A stretch of DNA of 64,000 nucleotides, taken from contig BTVB01000017.1 of assembly GCA_045863275.1 (NCBI GenBank), positions 10,371-74,370 on the forward strand, written 5' to 3'. This document shows, in pieces, positions 8,626-17,991 of this stretch. Within the stretch, counting starts at the first letter, position 1; each line of letters begins with the position of its first letter. This DNA is from Gemmatimonadota bacterium. Lineage in GTDB: Bacteria; Gemmatimonadota; Gemmatimonadetes; Longimicrobiales; Gaopeijiaceae. The notes beneath the pieces were generated by a model. The model saw only the letters and a list, made by a program, of their open reading frames with translations, was not told where the DNA came from and made no database searches. A program made the translations under genes and the position numbers.

Positions 8626-11600
8626 TCATGGCGTTTCCGGGCTGGGCACGAGTCCGTCGGGCCCGAGGAACCCCACGCCCTCCTCCGTATGACGGCGCAC
8701 GCCCGCGGGCTCGCGCGCGCCCGCCGGCCCGCGCACGCCGCCCACGTCCGTCGGCGGCACGCCTGGGAGCAGGTCGTCCACCGCGTCCAGGTCCGGCGCA
8801 GGCGCAGGCTCCTCCCGGTGACGGAAGTGGCGGTCGAAGAACTTGGCCACGTCGTCCACCAGCGAGTACATCACCGGCACCAGCACCAGCGTGAGGAACG
8901 TGGCGAACAGGATGCCCACGATGACCGCCACGGCCATGGGGGCCCACCAGGCCGCCTGTTCCCCGCCCCAGTACAGGTCGGCGTCGAGGCGGGTGTAGAG
9001 GCCGATGAAGTCGAAGTTGAGCCCGATGGCCAGGGGGATGAGCCCCAGCGCCGTCGTGGTGGCCGTGAGGATCACGGGACGGAACCGCGTCCGCCCACCC
9101 TGCACCAGCGCCTCGCGGCGGTTCATGCCCTCGCGCTCACGGAGCACGTCGATGTAATCGATGAGCACGATGGCGTTGTTCACCACGATGCCCGCCAGCG
9201 AGATGATCCCCACGCCGGTCATGATGATCCCGAAGGGCATCTGGAAGACCATCAGCCCCATGAGCACGCCTACGGTGGACATGAGCACCGAGGTCATGAT
9301 GATCACCGGCTTCACCAGCGAGTTGAACTGGCTGATGAGGATGAACAGGATGAGCAGCAACGCCGTGAGGAAGGCACCCCCCAGGAACGACTGCGCCTCG
9401 GCCTGGTCCTCCGACTGGCCGGTGTAGCGGATCGTGTATCCCGGGGGCATGGTGCCCGCGAAGTCGGTCAGGCTCTGGCGCACCTCGGCCAGCACCGCGT
9501 TGGAGTTCAGCCCCGCCGCCACGTCCGAGCTGATGGTGGCCATGCGCGTCTGGTCCTTCCGGCGGATGGCGCCGTAGCCCTCCTCCACCGACCAGTCGGC
9601 CACGGACACCAGCGGGATCTGGATGCCGCCCTCGGCCATCACCGTGAGGTCGCGGAGCCCCTCCAGGTCCTGCCGGTAGGGCTCCGCCAGCCGGACGATG
9701 ATGTCGTATTCGTCGTTGCCGGTGCGGTACTTGGCCGCCTCCACGCCGTTGATGGCGCTCCGGATGGCCCCGCCCACCTTCGAGGTGTTCAGCTCGTAGA
9801 GCGCGGCCTTCTCCCGGTCCACGCGCACCGAGAGCTCGGGACGGGCGTCGTCCAGGTCGCTGGAGAGCCCCACCAGCTTTCGGTACACCGGTGCCCCCTC
9901 CAGGACGTCCAGGAGCTCGTCCGACAGCGCCTTGAGGCGCACCGGGTCCTCGCCCACGATCTCGATGTTCACGGGCTTGCCCGAGGGCGCGCCCTCCGCG
10001 GGCTTGTCCACCGTGAGGGTGACCCCCGCGATGTCCTTGCCGATGTTGGCCTGCATCTCGGCGAGGGTCTCGAAGGCGTCCCGCTCCCGGTCCTGGTAGT
10101 CGATGAGGCTGATGCTCACGCGGCCCCCCTCGGGGCCACCGGGGCCGGCGTCCATGAAGTTGGCGCCGCCGCCGCTCCCCACCACGGCGACCACCGACTC
10201 CCAGTCGGCGCGGCCGCCCACGCCCTGCAGCTCCTCCTCGATGCGCCGCACCACGGTGTCGGTGAAGGCCGCGCGGGTCCCCACGGGCGCCTCGACGTCC
10301 ACCATCATCTGCTGCGGCGGCATGTCCTCGGGGAAGAACTCCACCCCCTGGTTGAAGATGCCGAAGAGGAACACGGTCCAGGCGAACACGGCCACGGTTC
10401 CGGCCAGCATGATGAGACGGTGGTCCAGCGCCCACCGGAGCTGCTTCTCGTAAACGTCCAGCACCGGCGGCATCACGTCGCTCTGGAAGCGGCTCGCCAC
10501 CGAGGCCAGCACGAATCTCTGCAAGGCCCACAGCCCCACCGCCGTGGCGGTGAGGAGCACGGCCGTGAGGGGGTTGGCCCCCGCCACCATGAGGAACACG
10601 AGGCCCGCCGCGCCCACCAGCGTCCACCGCGCCGCCGGCCGAAGCGGACGGGACGGCGTCCCGTCCAGCTTCATGAACATGGCGCAGAGCACCGGCACGA
10701 TGACCAGCGCCACGAACAGGGAGCTGGACAGCGTCACGATGAGCGTGAGGGGCAGGTAGCCCATGAACTCACCCACGTCGCCGGGCCAGAACATGAGGGG
10801 CCCGAAGGCGGCCAGCGTCGTTGCCGTGGACGCGATGACGGGCACCGCCACCTCCCCGGTGGCCTTCTTCGCCGCCAGGGTCCGGTCCCAGCCCTCCTCC
10901 AGGTACCGGTAGATGTTCTCCACGATCACGATGGCGTTGTCCACCAGCATCCCCAGGGCGAGGATGAGGGAGAACAGCACGATCATGTTCATGGAAACGC
11001 CCTGCAGCTTCAGGATGATGAAGCTCAGGAACATGGACGAGGGGATCGAGACCGCCACGAACATGGAGTTCGACAGCCCGAGGAAGAACAGGAGCACGGC
11101 CACGATGAGGATGAGGCCGGACACGATGTTGTTCTCCAGGCTCGCCACCATGTCCTCGATCTGCTCGGACATGTCGCCGGTGATGCTCACCTCGGTGGTG
11201 GGCGGGAAGAGGGGGCGCATCTCCTCGATGACCGCACGTACTTCTTCCGCGCTCTCGATGATGTTCTCCCCGGACCGCTTCACGACGTCCAGGGTCACCA
11301 CCTCGTTCCCGTTCATGCGAGCGTAGCTCTCGCGCTCGGCGAATCCGAAGTCCACGGTGGCGATGTCCCGCACGTACACGGGACGGCCGCCCATGGTCTT
11401 CACCACCAGCTCCCCGATGAGCGTGGGGTCCTCGAACTCACCGTCCACGCGCACCAGGTACTTGGTGTCGCCTACGTCGATGGAGCCCCCGGGGATGTTG
11501 ACGTTCTCGTTCCGGATGGCGTCCACCACGTCCTGCAGCGCCAGGCCGTAGAACTGGAGCTTGGCCAGGTCCACATCCACCTTCACCTCGCGCTCGAGGC

Positions 11601-12213
11601 CGCCGCGCACGTCGGCGCGGAGGACCGAGGGAATCTGCTCCAGACGGTCCTGGAGGTCCTCCCCCAGCTCCTTCAGGCGCACCAGGCCGTACTCGCCGGC
11701 CAGGTTCACCTGCATGATGGGGATCTCGGAGAAGTTGAACTCCACGATGGAGGGGTCCTCGGCGTCCTGGGGGAGGTCCCCCTTGGCCAGGTCCACCTTC
11801 TCCCGGACCTTCTGGAGCGCGTCCTCCAGGTTCACGTCGGTGCTGAACTGCGCCACGATGCTCGAGTAGCCTTCCACCGACGTGGACGTGAGCTCGTCCA
11901 GGTCCGAGATCGTGGACAGCTCGTCCTCCAGCACCCGCGTGACCTGGCTCTCCACGTCGGCGGGAGACACGCCCGGGTAGATGGTGTTCACCGCCACGAT
12001 GGGGATGGCGATCTCCGGGAACGACTCCTTCGGGGTCGTCTGGTACGAGTACACGCCCATGAGCGTGATGATGGCCAGCATCACGATCATGCTCGTCTTG
12101 TGCTCCACCGCGAAGCTGGTGGGGCCGAACTCCTTGTACCGCTCGAGGAAGCGCACGCCCCCGCCCGTGCGGGGGTCGCCCTTCCGCGCGGCGTCGTCCT
12201 TTTCCGTCGTCAT
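8626..12213 (-). CDS. RND efflux transporter permease (AcrB/HAE1-like), 1195 aa
   Basis: Track ORF. It has the typical RND layout and motifs (LGMLVDNAIVIVENI, AGIVVNNAIVLIDYI, RFRPVILTATTTALGLIPLA). It has extra hydrophobic segments in the mid-protein linker and a tail of about 70 aa. Confidence 0.9.
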   Translation of the reverse strand: MTTEKDDAARKGDPRTGGGVRFLERYKEFGPTSFAVEHKTSMIVMLAIITLMGVYSYQTTPKESFPEIAIPIVAVNTIYPGVSPADVESQVTRVLEDELSTISDLDELTSTSVEGYSSIVAQFSTDVNLEDALQKVREKVDLAKGDLPQDAEDPSIVEFNFSEIPIMQVNLAGEYGLVRLKELGEDLQDRLEQIPSVLRADVRGGLEREVKVDVDLAKLQFYGLALQDVVDAIRNENVNIPGGSIDVGDTKYLVRVDGEFEDPTLIGELVVKTMGGRPVYVRDIATVDFGFAERESYARMNGNEVVTLDVVKRSGENIIESAEEVRAVIEEMRPLFPPTTEVSITGDMSEQIEDMVASLENNIVSGLILIVAVLLFFLGLSNSMFVAVSIPSSMFLSFIILKLQGVSMNMIVLFSLILALGMLVDNAIVIVENIYRYLEEGWDRTLAAKKATGEVAVPVIASTATTLAAFGPLMFWPGDVGEFMGYLPLTLIVTLSSSLFVALVIVPVLCAMFMKLDGTPSRPLRPAARWTLVGAAGLVFLMVAGANPLTAVLLTATAVGLWALQRFVLASVASRFQSDVMPPVLDVYEKQLRWALDHRLIMLAGTVAVFAWTVFLFGIFNQGVEFFPEDMPPQQMMVDVEAPVGTRAAFTDTVVRRIEEELQGVGGRADWESVVAVVGSGGGANFMDAGPGGPEGGRVSISLIDYQDRERDAFETLAEMQANIGKDIAGVTLTVDKPAEGAPSGKPVNIEIVGEDPVRLKALSDELLDVLEGAPVYRKLVGLSSDLDDARPELSVRVDREKAALYELNTSKVGGAIRSAINGVEAAKYRTGNDEYDIIVRLAEPYRQDLEGLRDLTVMAEGGIQIPLVSVADWSVEEGYGAIRRKDQTRMATISSDVAAGLNSNAVLAEVRQSLTDFAGTMPPGYTIRYTGQSEDQAEAQSFLGGAFLTALLLILFILISQFNSLVKPVIIMTSVLMSTVGVLMGLMVFQMPFGIIMTGVGIISLAGIVVNNAIVLIDYIDVLREREGMNRREALVQGGRTRFRPVILTATTTALGLIPLAIGLNFDFIGLYTRLDADLYWGGEQAAWWAPMAVAVIVGILFATFLTLVLVPVMYSLVDDVAKFFDRHFRHREEPAPAPDLDAVDDLLPGVPPTDVGGVRGPAGAREPAGVRRHTEEGVGFLGPDGLVPSPETP

Positions 12214-12244
12214 CTCTCGTCTATCCCCTCGCCCGAGGGCGCCG

Positions 12245-13324
12245 TCAGCGGCTCGACACCACGTTCACGCGATCGCCGTCGGCCACCGACTTCTGGCCGA
12301 CCACGATGAGCCGGTCGCCCGGCTCCAACCCGTCCACCACCACCACCAGGTTCCCCTGGCTCGCGCCCAACGTCACCGGTCGGACCTCGGCCACGGTGGC
12401 GCCGTCGCGCTGAGCGACGACGAAGGCGACGTAGCCGTTCTCCACCCGGACCAGCGCGTCCTGGGGGACCACCATCGCCTCCTCCAGCTCCCGCCTCGAG
12501 ACCGCGACGTTGGCGACCATCTCGGGCTTGATGAGGCCCTTGGGGTTGGGCATCACCACCTCGATGGGGAAGGTGCGATTCTGGGGGTTCACCGTCGCGC
12601 CCACGAAGGAGATGGGCGCGGTGTACGCCTCCCCGGGGAACACGTCGAAGGTCACGCCGGCGCGGCTCCCCTTGGCGACGTCGGCGGCGTACCGCTCGGG
12701 CACGCCGGCGACGATCTTCACCGGGTTCAGGTCCACGACCCGCCCGACGACCATCCCCGGGCTCACCATGCTCCCCACCTCGACCATGCGGTCCTCCAGG
12801 AGCCCGTCGAAGGGGGCCCGTACCGTGGTCCGCTCCAACCGCTCGGAGAGGGCCCGCAGGTTGGCCGCGGTCTGCTCGGCGGCGAACTTGGCCTCCAGGT
12901 AGGCGATCTCCGAGCCGACCTTGTCCTCCTCCCAGAGGCGCTTGCGGCGCTCCCAGGTCTGCGATGCCAGGTCGGCCTGCGCCCGGGCCTGCTCGACCTG
13001 GGCCCGCAGCACGGTGTCGTCGATCTTCACCAGGGGGTCCCCCGCCTGCACGCGCGCGCCTCGATCCTGGAGGATCTCGCGGATCACTCCGCTCTCCTCG
13101 GCGGCGACCTGGACGTCCTGATTGGCCCACACGGTGCCCGTGAGGCGGATCTGGTCCGTGAACGGCCGAGCGGCGAGCTCGGTCGCCTCCACGTTGATCA
13201 CCCGGACGAACGCCTCGCCTTCCGGCCCCTCCGCCCCGGCCTGCCCGCACGCGGCGAGGGCCACCGCCGCCACCACCCCCGCGGTCCCCCGCACCCACCG
13301 CTCGTTCATCGTCGTCTTCTCCAC
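12245..13324 (-). CDS. RND efflux periplasmic adaptor (membrane fusion protein, HlyD family), lipoprotein
   Basis: Track ORF, 359 aa. It has a lipobox (VALAACG), a coiled-coil hairpin, then beta-barrel/MP domains (VRAPFDGLLEDRMVEVGSMV). GAGGGGG lies 8 nt before GTG 13324. Confidence 0.9.
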   Translation of the reverse strand: MEKTTMNERWVRGTAGVVAAVALAACGQAGAEGPEGEAFVRVINVEATELAARPFTDQIRLTGTVWANQDVQVAAEESGVIREILQDRGARVQAGDPLVKIDDTVLRAQVEQARAQADLASQTWERRKRLWEEDKVGSEIAYLEAKFAAEQTAANLRALSERLERTTVRAPFDGLLEDRMVEVGSMVSPGMVVGRVVDLNPVKIVAGVPERYAADVAKGSRAGVTFDVFPGEAYTAPISFVGATVNPQNRTFPIEVVMPNPKGLIKPEMVANVAVSRRELEEAMVVPQDALVRVENGYVAFVVAQRDGATVAEVRPVTLGASQGNLVVVVDGLEPGDRLIVVGQKSVADGDRVNVVSSR

Positions 13325-13338
13325 GGTTCAGTCCCCCT

Positions 13339-14853
13339 CTAGTCCTGGAAGCCGCTCGTCGCGGCGGGCTCCACGTCCACCCCGGGCACGCGCCCGGTGG
13401 CCTGGTCCAACTGGGCCCGCGCGACCAGGTAGTCGAAGACCGCCTGGGCGTAGTTGAACTCACTCTGTCGGAGCGCCACCTCGGCGTCGGTGAGCTCCAG
13501 CTGGCTGCTCAGCCCCTCCCGGTACTGGGCGCTGGCGATCTCGTATCCCCGCTGCGCCTGGTCCACCGCCAGCCTCTGGCCCCGGGCGCGCAGCAGGGCT
13601 TCGTCGGCCTGCTCCACCAGGTTGCGCACCTGCATGCGGGCCTGGTCCTCGGCGAGCCGGGTCTGGGTCTCGGCCTGGCGCAAGGCGGCTCGCTTCTGGT
13701 CCACCCGGGCGTCGCGGCGGAACCCCTGGAAGATGGGGAGGCTCACCCGCACGCCGATGTTCCGGCCGTAGGCCCGCTGGCCGTCCCCCCTGCCGAAGAA
13801 GTTGGGATTCCCGTTGTCCTGGGCGCTGATGAGGTAGTTGCCGAAGAAGGTCACCCGGGGCAGGTACTCCACCTGCTCGAGGCGCATCTCCGTCTTGCGC
13901 AGGGACTCGGTGAGGGAGAACTGGCGGAGGTCGGAGCGGAGCTCCTGGGCCATGCGGACGGCGTCGTCCACCGCCTCCGACCCCGCGCCCCGGTAGCCGG
14001 CAAAGGCAAGGACCTCCTGGTTGGCCGCGTCGTTGGCCGCCAGGTCGTTGAGGTTCATGGTGGCCAGGGAGCCGCGGACCGCCACCGGCTGCTCCTCCGG
14101 CAGGTCCAGCTCCAGGGCCATCTGGCGCTGCGCCTGGCGCACCGCGTTCTCGGCGCGGCGCAGGTTGGGCTCCAGGTTGGCCAACTCCACCTCGAGGCGC
14201 AGCACGTCGTAGTCCGACGCCAGGCCCGCCTTGTTCAGGGCCCGGGTCTCCTCCAGCGAGTCCCGCACCCGCTCCACCGACTTGGCGATGAGGCGGAGCT
14301 GCTCCTGCTGGAGCAGGAGCTGGTAGTAGGCCGCCCGGACGCGGGTGACCACGGTCTGGGTCAGGCCCCGCACCACCTCCTCCTGGAGGTTCTTGTAGCG
14401 GCCCGCCGCCCCCACGCCGATGAACGCCGCGGCGGAGAAGAGGGGCTGTTCCAGGCTGACCGTGGACTGCCACTGGTTGTCGGCGCCGAACTGGACCGCG
14501 ATGTAGTCGTCGGGGCCCGCCGTGGGGTCGAAGATGGCCGCCGGCAGGAAGTTCACCGTGGGCGACACGTTCCGGGTGTAGCTGGCGTTGAAGTCCAGCG
14601 ACGGGTACACGTTGGACCAGGCCTCCGAAACCCGCTCGTTGGCCTCTTCCAACCCGAGCCTCGCGGCCTGCACGTCGCGGTTCTGCCGGATGGCCATGCG
14701 CACGGCGCCGTCCAGTGACAGCGCCTGCGTCTCCTGGGCCACCAGGGCCTCCACGGTGGCCACCCCCAGGGCGGCCAGCACGGCGGCGGCGATCACCGCC
14801 GCCCGCCTCCATGAACCGAGCCCCACGAGGGCCCGCGCTTCTGCGGTGCTCAT
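13339..14853 (-). CDS. TolC-family outer membrane efflux protein
   Basis: Track ORF, 504 aa. It has a signal peptide and a duplicated OEP repeat pattern (SLDFNASYTRN...; EYLPRVTFFGNY...), ending in the ARAQLDQATG type. Confidence 0.9.
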   Translation of the reverse strand: MSTAEARALVGLGSWRRAAVIAAAVLAALGVATVEALVAQETQALSLDGAVRMAIRQNRDVQAARLGLEEANERVSEAWSNVYPSLDFNASYTRNVSPTVNFLPAAIFDPTAGPDDYIAVQFGADNQWQSTVSLEQPLFSAAAFIGVGAAGRYKNLQEEVVRGLTQTVVTRVRAAYYQLLLQQEQLRLIAKSVERVRDSLEETRALNKAGLASDYDVLRLEVELANLEPNLRRAENAVRQAQRQMALELDLPEEQPVAVRGSLATMNLNDLAANDAANQEVLAFAGYRGAGSEAVDDAVRMAQELRSDLRQFSLTESLRKTEMRLEQVEYLPRVTFFGNYLISAQDNGNPNFFGRGDGQRAYGRNIGVRVSLPIFQGFRRDARVDQKRAALRQAETQTRLAEDQARMQVRNLVEQADEALLRARGQRLAVDQAQRGYEIASAQYREGLSSQLELTDAEVALRQSEFNYAQAVFDYLVARAQLDQATGRVPGVDVEPAATSGFQD

Positions 14854-14872
14854 CCCTTCGTCGTCCCCTCTG

Positions 14873-15514
14873 CTATGCGGTGACGCCGGCGGGCTGGTCC
14901 GTCGGGTACTGCTCGGCCAGCTGGGCGGCGAACGTCTCGGTTGCGATCCCCGTCATCATCACGGCGCCGGAGCGCTCGAACTCCTCGCGGAACGTCTTCT
15001 CGTCCATCCGGAAATGCCCGTGGTGGTACAGGGTGATGAGACCGTGGGCGTGGGCCCACATGGTGAGGGAGACCTGCACCGGGTCGCCCTCCCTGAGGAT
15101 CCCCGCGTCCTGGCACTCCCGCACCCGGTCCACCCAGAACTGGTGGATGGCGCACCCCATGGCCTCGATGTCGTCGGGCATGGCCGACATCCCCAGCTGC
15201 TCCGGGGAGATGAACAGGATCTCGTACCAGCGGGGGTTCTTCAGGGCGAAATCCAGGTACCCCTCCCCCGCCCGGAAGAAGCGCTCCAAGGGGGTACGTC
15301 CCTCGAGCGCCCGGTACAGGTAGGCCGTGAACTCGCGGAACGCCTCCCGCACCACGTCGGCCAGCACGTGGTCCCGGTTCTCGTAGTGCCGGTAGAGCGC
15401 CGGGGCCGTGACCCCCACTTCCCTGGCGAGCTTCCGCATGGAGAAGCCCTCCAGGCCGTGGGCGAGGTACAGCTCGCAGGCGCAGCCGAGGATCTTCTCG
15501 CGTTGGTCAGACAT
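14873..15514 (-). CDS. TetR/AcrR family transcriptional regulator
   Basis: Track ORF, 213 aa. It has an N-terminal TetR HTH (ILGCACELYLAHGLEGFSMRKLAREVGVTAPALYRHYENRD). It is first in the tetR-tolC-adaptor-RND array. Confidence 0.9.
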   Translation of the reverse strand: MSDQREKILGCACELYLAHGLEGFSMRKLAREVGVTAPALYRHYENRDHVLADVVREAFREFTAYLYRALEGRTPLERFFRAGEGYLDFALKNPRWYEILFISPEQLGMSAMPDDIEAMGCAIHQFWVDRVRECQDAGILREGDPVQVSLTMWAHAHGLITLYHHGHFRMDEKTFREEFERSGAVMMTGIATETFAAQLAEQYPTDQPAGVTA

Positions 15515-15522
15515 GGGTGAAC

Positions 15523-15551
15523 ACTGTAAACAAACCCCCGAAAACGGTCAA
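15523..15551 (-). promoter_or_regulatory. Candidate sigma-70-type promoter of the tetR-efflux operon, probably giving a leaderless mRNA
   Basis: The minus strand reads TTGACC (15551..15546), a 17-nt spacer, TACAGT (15528..15523), then 8 nt to ATG 15514. It lies in the only clearly AT-richer patch nearby. A GGTGA..ACACYGT motif occurs twice (15515-15530 and 15565-15583) and may be the operator. Confidence 0.4.
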
Positions 15552-15691
15552 TGCCTCAAGCCCTACGGGTGACAACACCGTTTAGTTCCAAAAGGTGCGT
15601 GACCTCCGAAGGGGGTACAGGAAAGCCGGCGAGACGGGATCACGCGCGCGGGCCGGCCACGGGCCGTGCGTGCCCACCCCGGGGAATGCAC

Positions 15692-15722
15692 GGCGGCCGG
15701 AGCCCTTCCGGCTCCGGCCGCC
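15692..15722. terminator. GC-rich hairpin downstream of the amidohydrolase gene (terminator-like, no clear U-tract)
   Basis: GGCGGCCGGAGCC (15692-15704), loop CTTCC, GGCTCCGGCCGCC (15710-15722). This is a perfect 13-bp stem, 40 nt beyond stop 15762. Confidence 0.35.
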
Positions 15723-15761
15723 TCCGCCGAGCTATCGCGGTCCCCGGGGGACGCCGGGCGC

Positions 15762-17003
15762 CTATTCCTGCGAGACCGGACGGTCCTCGGGCCAGTCGCC
15801 CTTGCGGGCCACCACGCGCCCGTCGCTCACGACCAGGAGCACGTCCTGCATGACGCCGATGTCTTGCAGGGGGTCGCGCTCGAGCACCACCAGGTCGGCA
15901 TCCATCCCCGGTGCGATGCGCCCCGTGTGGTCCGAGACGCCCAGCAACTCCGCCGCGGTGAGCGTCGCCGCCGCGAGCGCCTCGCGGGGGGTCATACCGA
16001 TCTCCACCAGCTCCAGGAGCTCGTGGGCCAGCGTCGTGGTGCTGGCGGGCCCGTATCCCGTGTCGGTGGCCGCCACGATCCGGACACCCAGCTCATGGGC
16101 CGCGCGGGCCATCTCCTGGACCCGGGGGAGCATGGCGCGCCCCCGGATGTTGAGGAGGGCGTTGTCGTAGTCGCCCCCCGGGATGGTGAGGTCCCGGACG
16201 ATGGCGATGGTCGGGACCAGATAGGTGCCCCGCTCGCGCATGAGCGCCAGCGTCTCGCGGCTCAGATAGGTCCCGTGCTCGATGCTCCGCACCCCGGCGC
16301 GCACCGCGGCCATCCCTCCCCCGTCGCCGTGGGCATGGGCCATGACGCCCAGCCCCGCCCGGGCCGCCTCCTCGACGATGACGCGGAGCTCCTCTTCGGA
16401 GTAGAGCTGCTTGCGGGGGTCGGTGTCGGGCGTTCCGGCTCTCTCGGTGGCGTTCACCTTCACGAAGTCCACGTCCCGGTCCACCAGGGCCCGCACCATG
16501 GCCGCCACCGCCTCCCGGCCACGGATGCCGCCGGACATGTACGTGCCCAGCTCCGGGTGGTCCTGGAAGAGCCCCTCGCCGGGGTCGGGGCGCACGTGGT
16601 ACCCAGCCGCGACGTACTCGGGGATCTCCAGGTGTCCGGCGCGGCCCAGCTCCCCCATGCCCACGTCGGCGTAGTGGGACGCGCCTGCGCTCCTCATGGT
16701 GGTGACTCCGCTCCGCAGGGCGCGTGCGGCGTCGGAGGCGGACCCCACGTGGACGTGGGCGTCGATGAGCCCCGGCGCGACGAAGCGCCCGGCCAGGTCC
16801 ACCACCTGGACCCCTGGCGCGGCCTGGGCGTCCCCGGGCTCCACCGAGACGATGCGACCGTCCTTCACCACGAGGGTCAGGCCGGACCGCACGGTGCCCT
16901 CGGCCACGTCCACCACGTTGGCGTTGCGTAGGACGAGGTCCTGAGCCGAGACGGGAGCGGCGGCCGCCAGGGCGGTCGCCATCCAGCAGAGCTGTGCGCG
17001 CAT
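15762..17003 (-). CDS. Exported amidohydrolase-family metallohydrolase
   Basis: Track ORF, 413 aa. It has a signal peptide (ALAAAAPVSAQ). The metal-binding pattern GLIDAHVHVG plus downstream H/H/D positions is typical of the amidohydrolase superfamily. Confidence 0.85.
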   Translation of the reverse strand: MRAQLCWMATALAAAAPVSAQDLVLRNANVVDVAEGTVRSGLTLVVKDGRIVSVEPGDAQAAPGVQVVDLAGRFVAPGLIDAHVHVGSASDAARALRSGVTTMRSAGASHYADVGMGELGRAGHLEIPEYVAAGYHVRPDPGEGLFQDHPELGTYMSGGIRGREAVAAMVRALVDRDVDFVKVNATERAGTPDTDPRKQLYSEEELRVIVEEAARAGLGVMAHAHGDGGGMAAVRAGVRSIEHGTYLSRETLALMRERGTYLVPTIAIVRDLTIPGGDYDNALLNIRGRAMLPRVQEMARAAHELGVRIVAATDTGYGPASTTTLAHELLELVEIGMTPREALAAATLTAAELLGVSDHTGRIAPGMDADLVVLERDPLQDIGVMQDVLLVVSDGRVVARKGDWPEDRPVSQE

Positions 17004-17064
17004 GGGTCCCTCCGGTGTTGGGCAGCGCTTCGGCCGGGCCGGCGGGACCCGGAAGCGTCCCAGA

Positions 17065-17991
17065 TTACCGGACCGGGTGGAGGCGCACCAGCGCCAGCGT
17101 GCTGCCCACGATCATGGCCGCGCCCACCCACGTCCAGACGTCGGGCACCTCGGCGAACATGAGCCACCCCCAGACGGACGCGAAGACGATCTGGAGGTAC
17201 CCCACCGCGGAAGCCCGCCCGGCACGCTCCAGGCGGAACCCCCAGGTGACGAACACCTGCCCCAGGTGGGTGGTGACCCCGACGCCCAGCAGCACGAGGG
17301 CCGTGGGGAGCGTCGGCACGGTGGAGTGGGCCACCACCATGGGGAGGGAGAGGACGGTGCACACCACCGCGAAGTAGAAGACGATGAGCATGGGGGGCTC
17401 GGCCCGGAGCCGCCGGACGGCCACGTAGGCTCCCGCGGAGAGCACGGCTCCGCACACGCCGAGGACCACGGGGACGACGGGCAGGGAGCCCCCGGCGCCG
17501 AAGAGGAAGGCCGGCCGGGCCACCACCACAACCCCGCCCAGGCTGGCCAGGACGAGGAGTGCCTCCCTGAGGCCCATGTGCTCCCGGAGCCAAGCCGCGG
17601 CGATGAAGGCGGTGAAGACCGGGTTCATGAAGTGGATGACGGTGGCGTCGGCCAGGGGGAGGTGCACCACGGCGTAGTAGAAGCACGTGAGCGCGCCGAA
17701 GCCCAGCACCCCCCGGAGGACGAGGAGCGCCGGCTCGTGCCCCCGGAAGCCGTTCCCGTCGGCGAGGAGCTTGCCGCCGGACAGCACGCCCACGACGACG
17801 GAGCGCGCGAAGACGATCTCGAAGAGGGGCACGTCCCTCCCCGCCAGCTTGGCCAGCGCGGCCATGAGGGAGAAGAAGAGGGCGCTGGCCGCCATGGACT
17901 GCAGTCCCGGCGGGACGAGGGTCAGGGGCGCGGCGATCCCCGGCCAGGGGATCGCGGGTCCGTCGTTGTCGTCGCTCGACGGATCCGTCAC
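17065..17991 (-). CDS. DMT superfamily transporter (EamA-like, 10 TM)
   Basis: Last 308 aa of track ORF 17065..18312, from GTG 17991 (GTGA overlap with the M1 peptidase stop). It has two EamA-like halves with glycine-rich TM helices. Confidence 0.8.
   Translation of the reverse strand: MTDPSSDDNDGPAIPWPGIAAPLTLVPPGLQSMAASALFFSLMAALAKLAGRDVPLFEIVFARSVVVGVLSGGKLLADGNGFRGHEPALLVLRGVLGFGALTCFYYAVVHLPLADATVIHFMNPVFTAFIAAAWLREHMGLREALLVLASLGGVVVVARPAFLFGAGGSLPVVPVVLGVCGAVLSAGAYVAVRRLRAEPPMLIVFYFAVVCTVLSLPMVVAHSTVPTLPTALVLLGVGVTTHLGQVFVTWGFRLERAGRASAVGYLQIVFASVWGWLMFAEVPDVWTWVGAAMIVGSTLALVRLHPVR

Noticed and set aside
8689-12309. 1206-aa plus-strand ORF. Similar long ORFs occur at 19..1857(+), 2887..5064(-), 29592..32657(-), 57817..60789(+), 51825..53960(+) and 39564..41345(+).
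   Set aside because: - All lie opposite to, or out of frame with, genes that have unmistakable family motifs (RND, MATE, NMO/DppA, Trk, GlnRS, Sco).
- All have the same low-complexity Arg/Gly/Pro/His composition.
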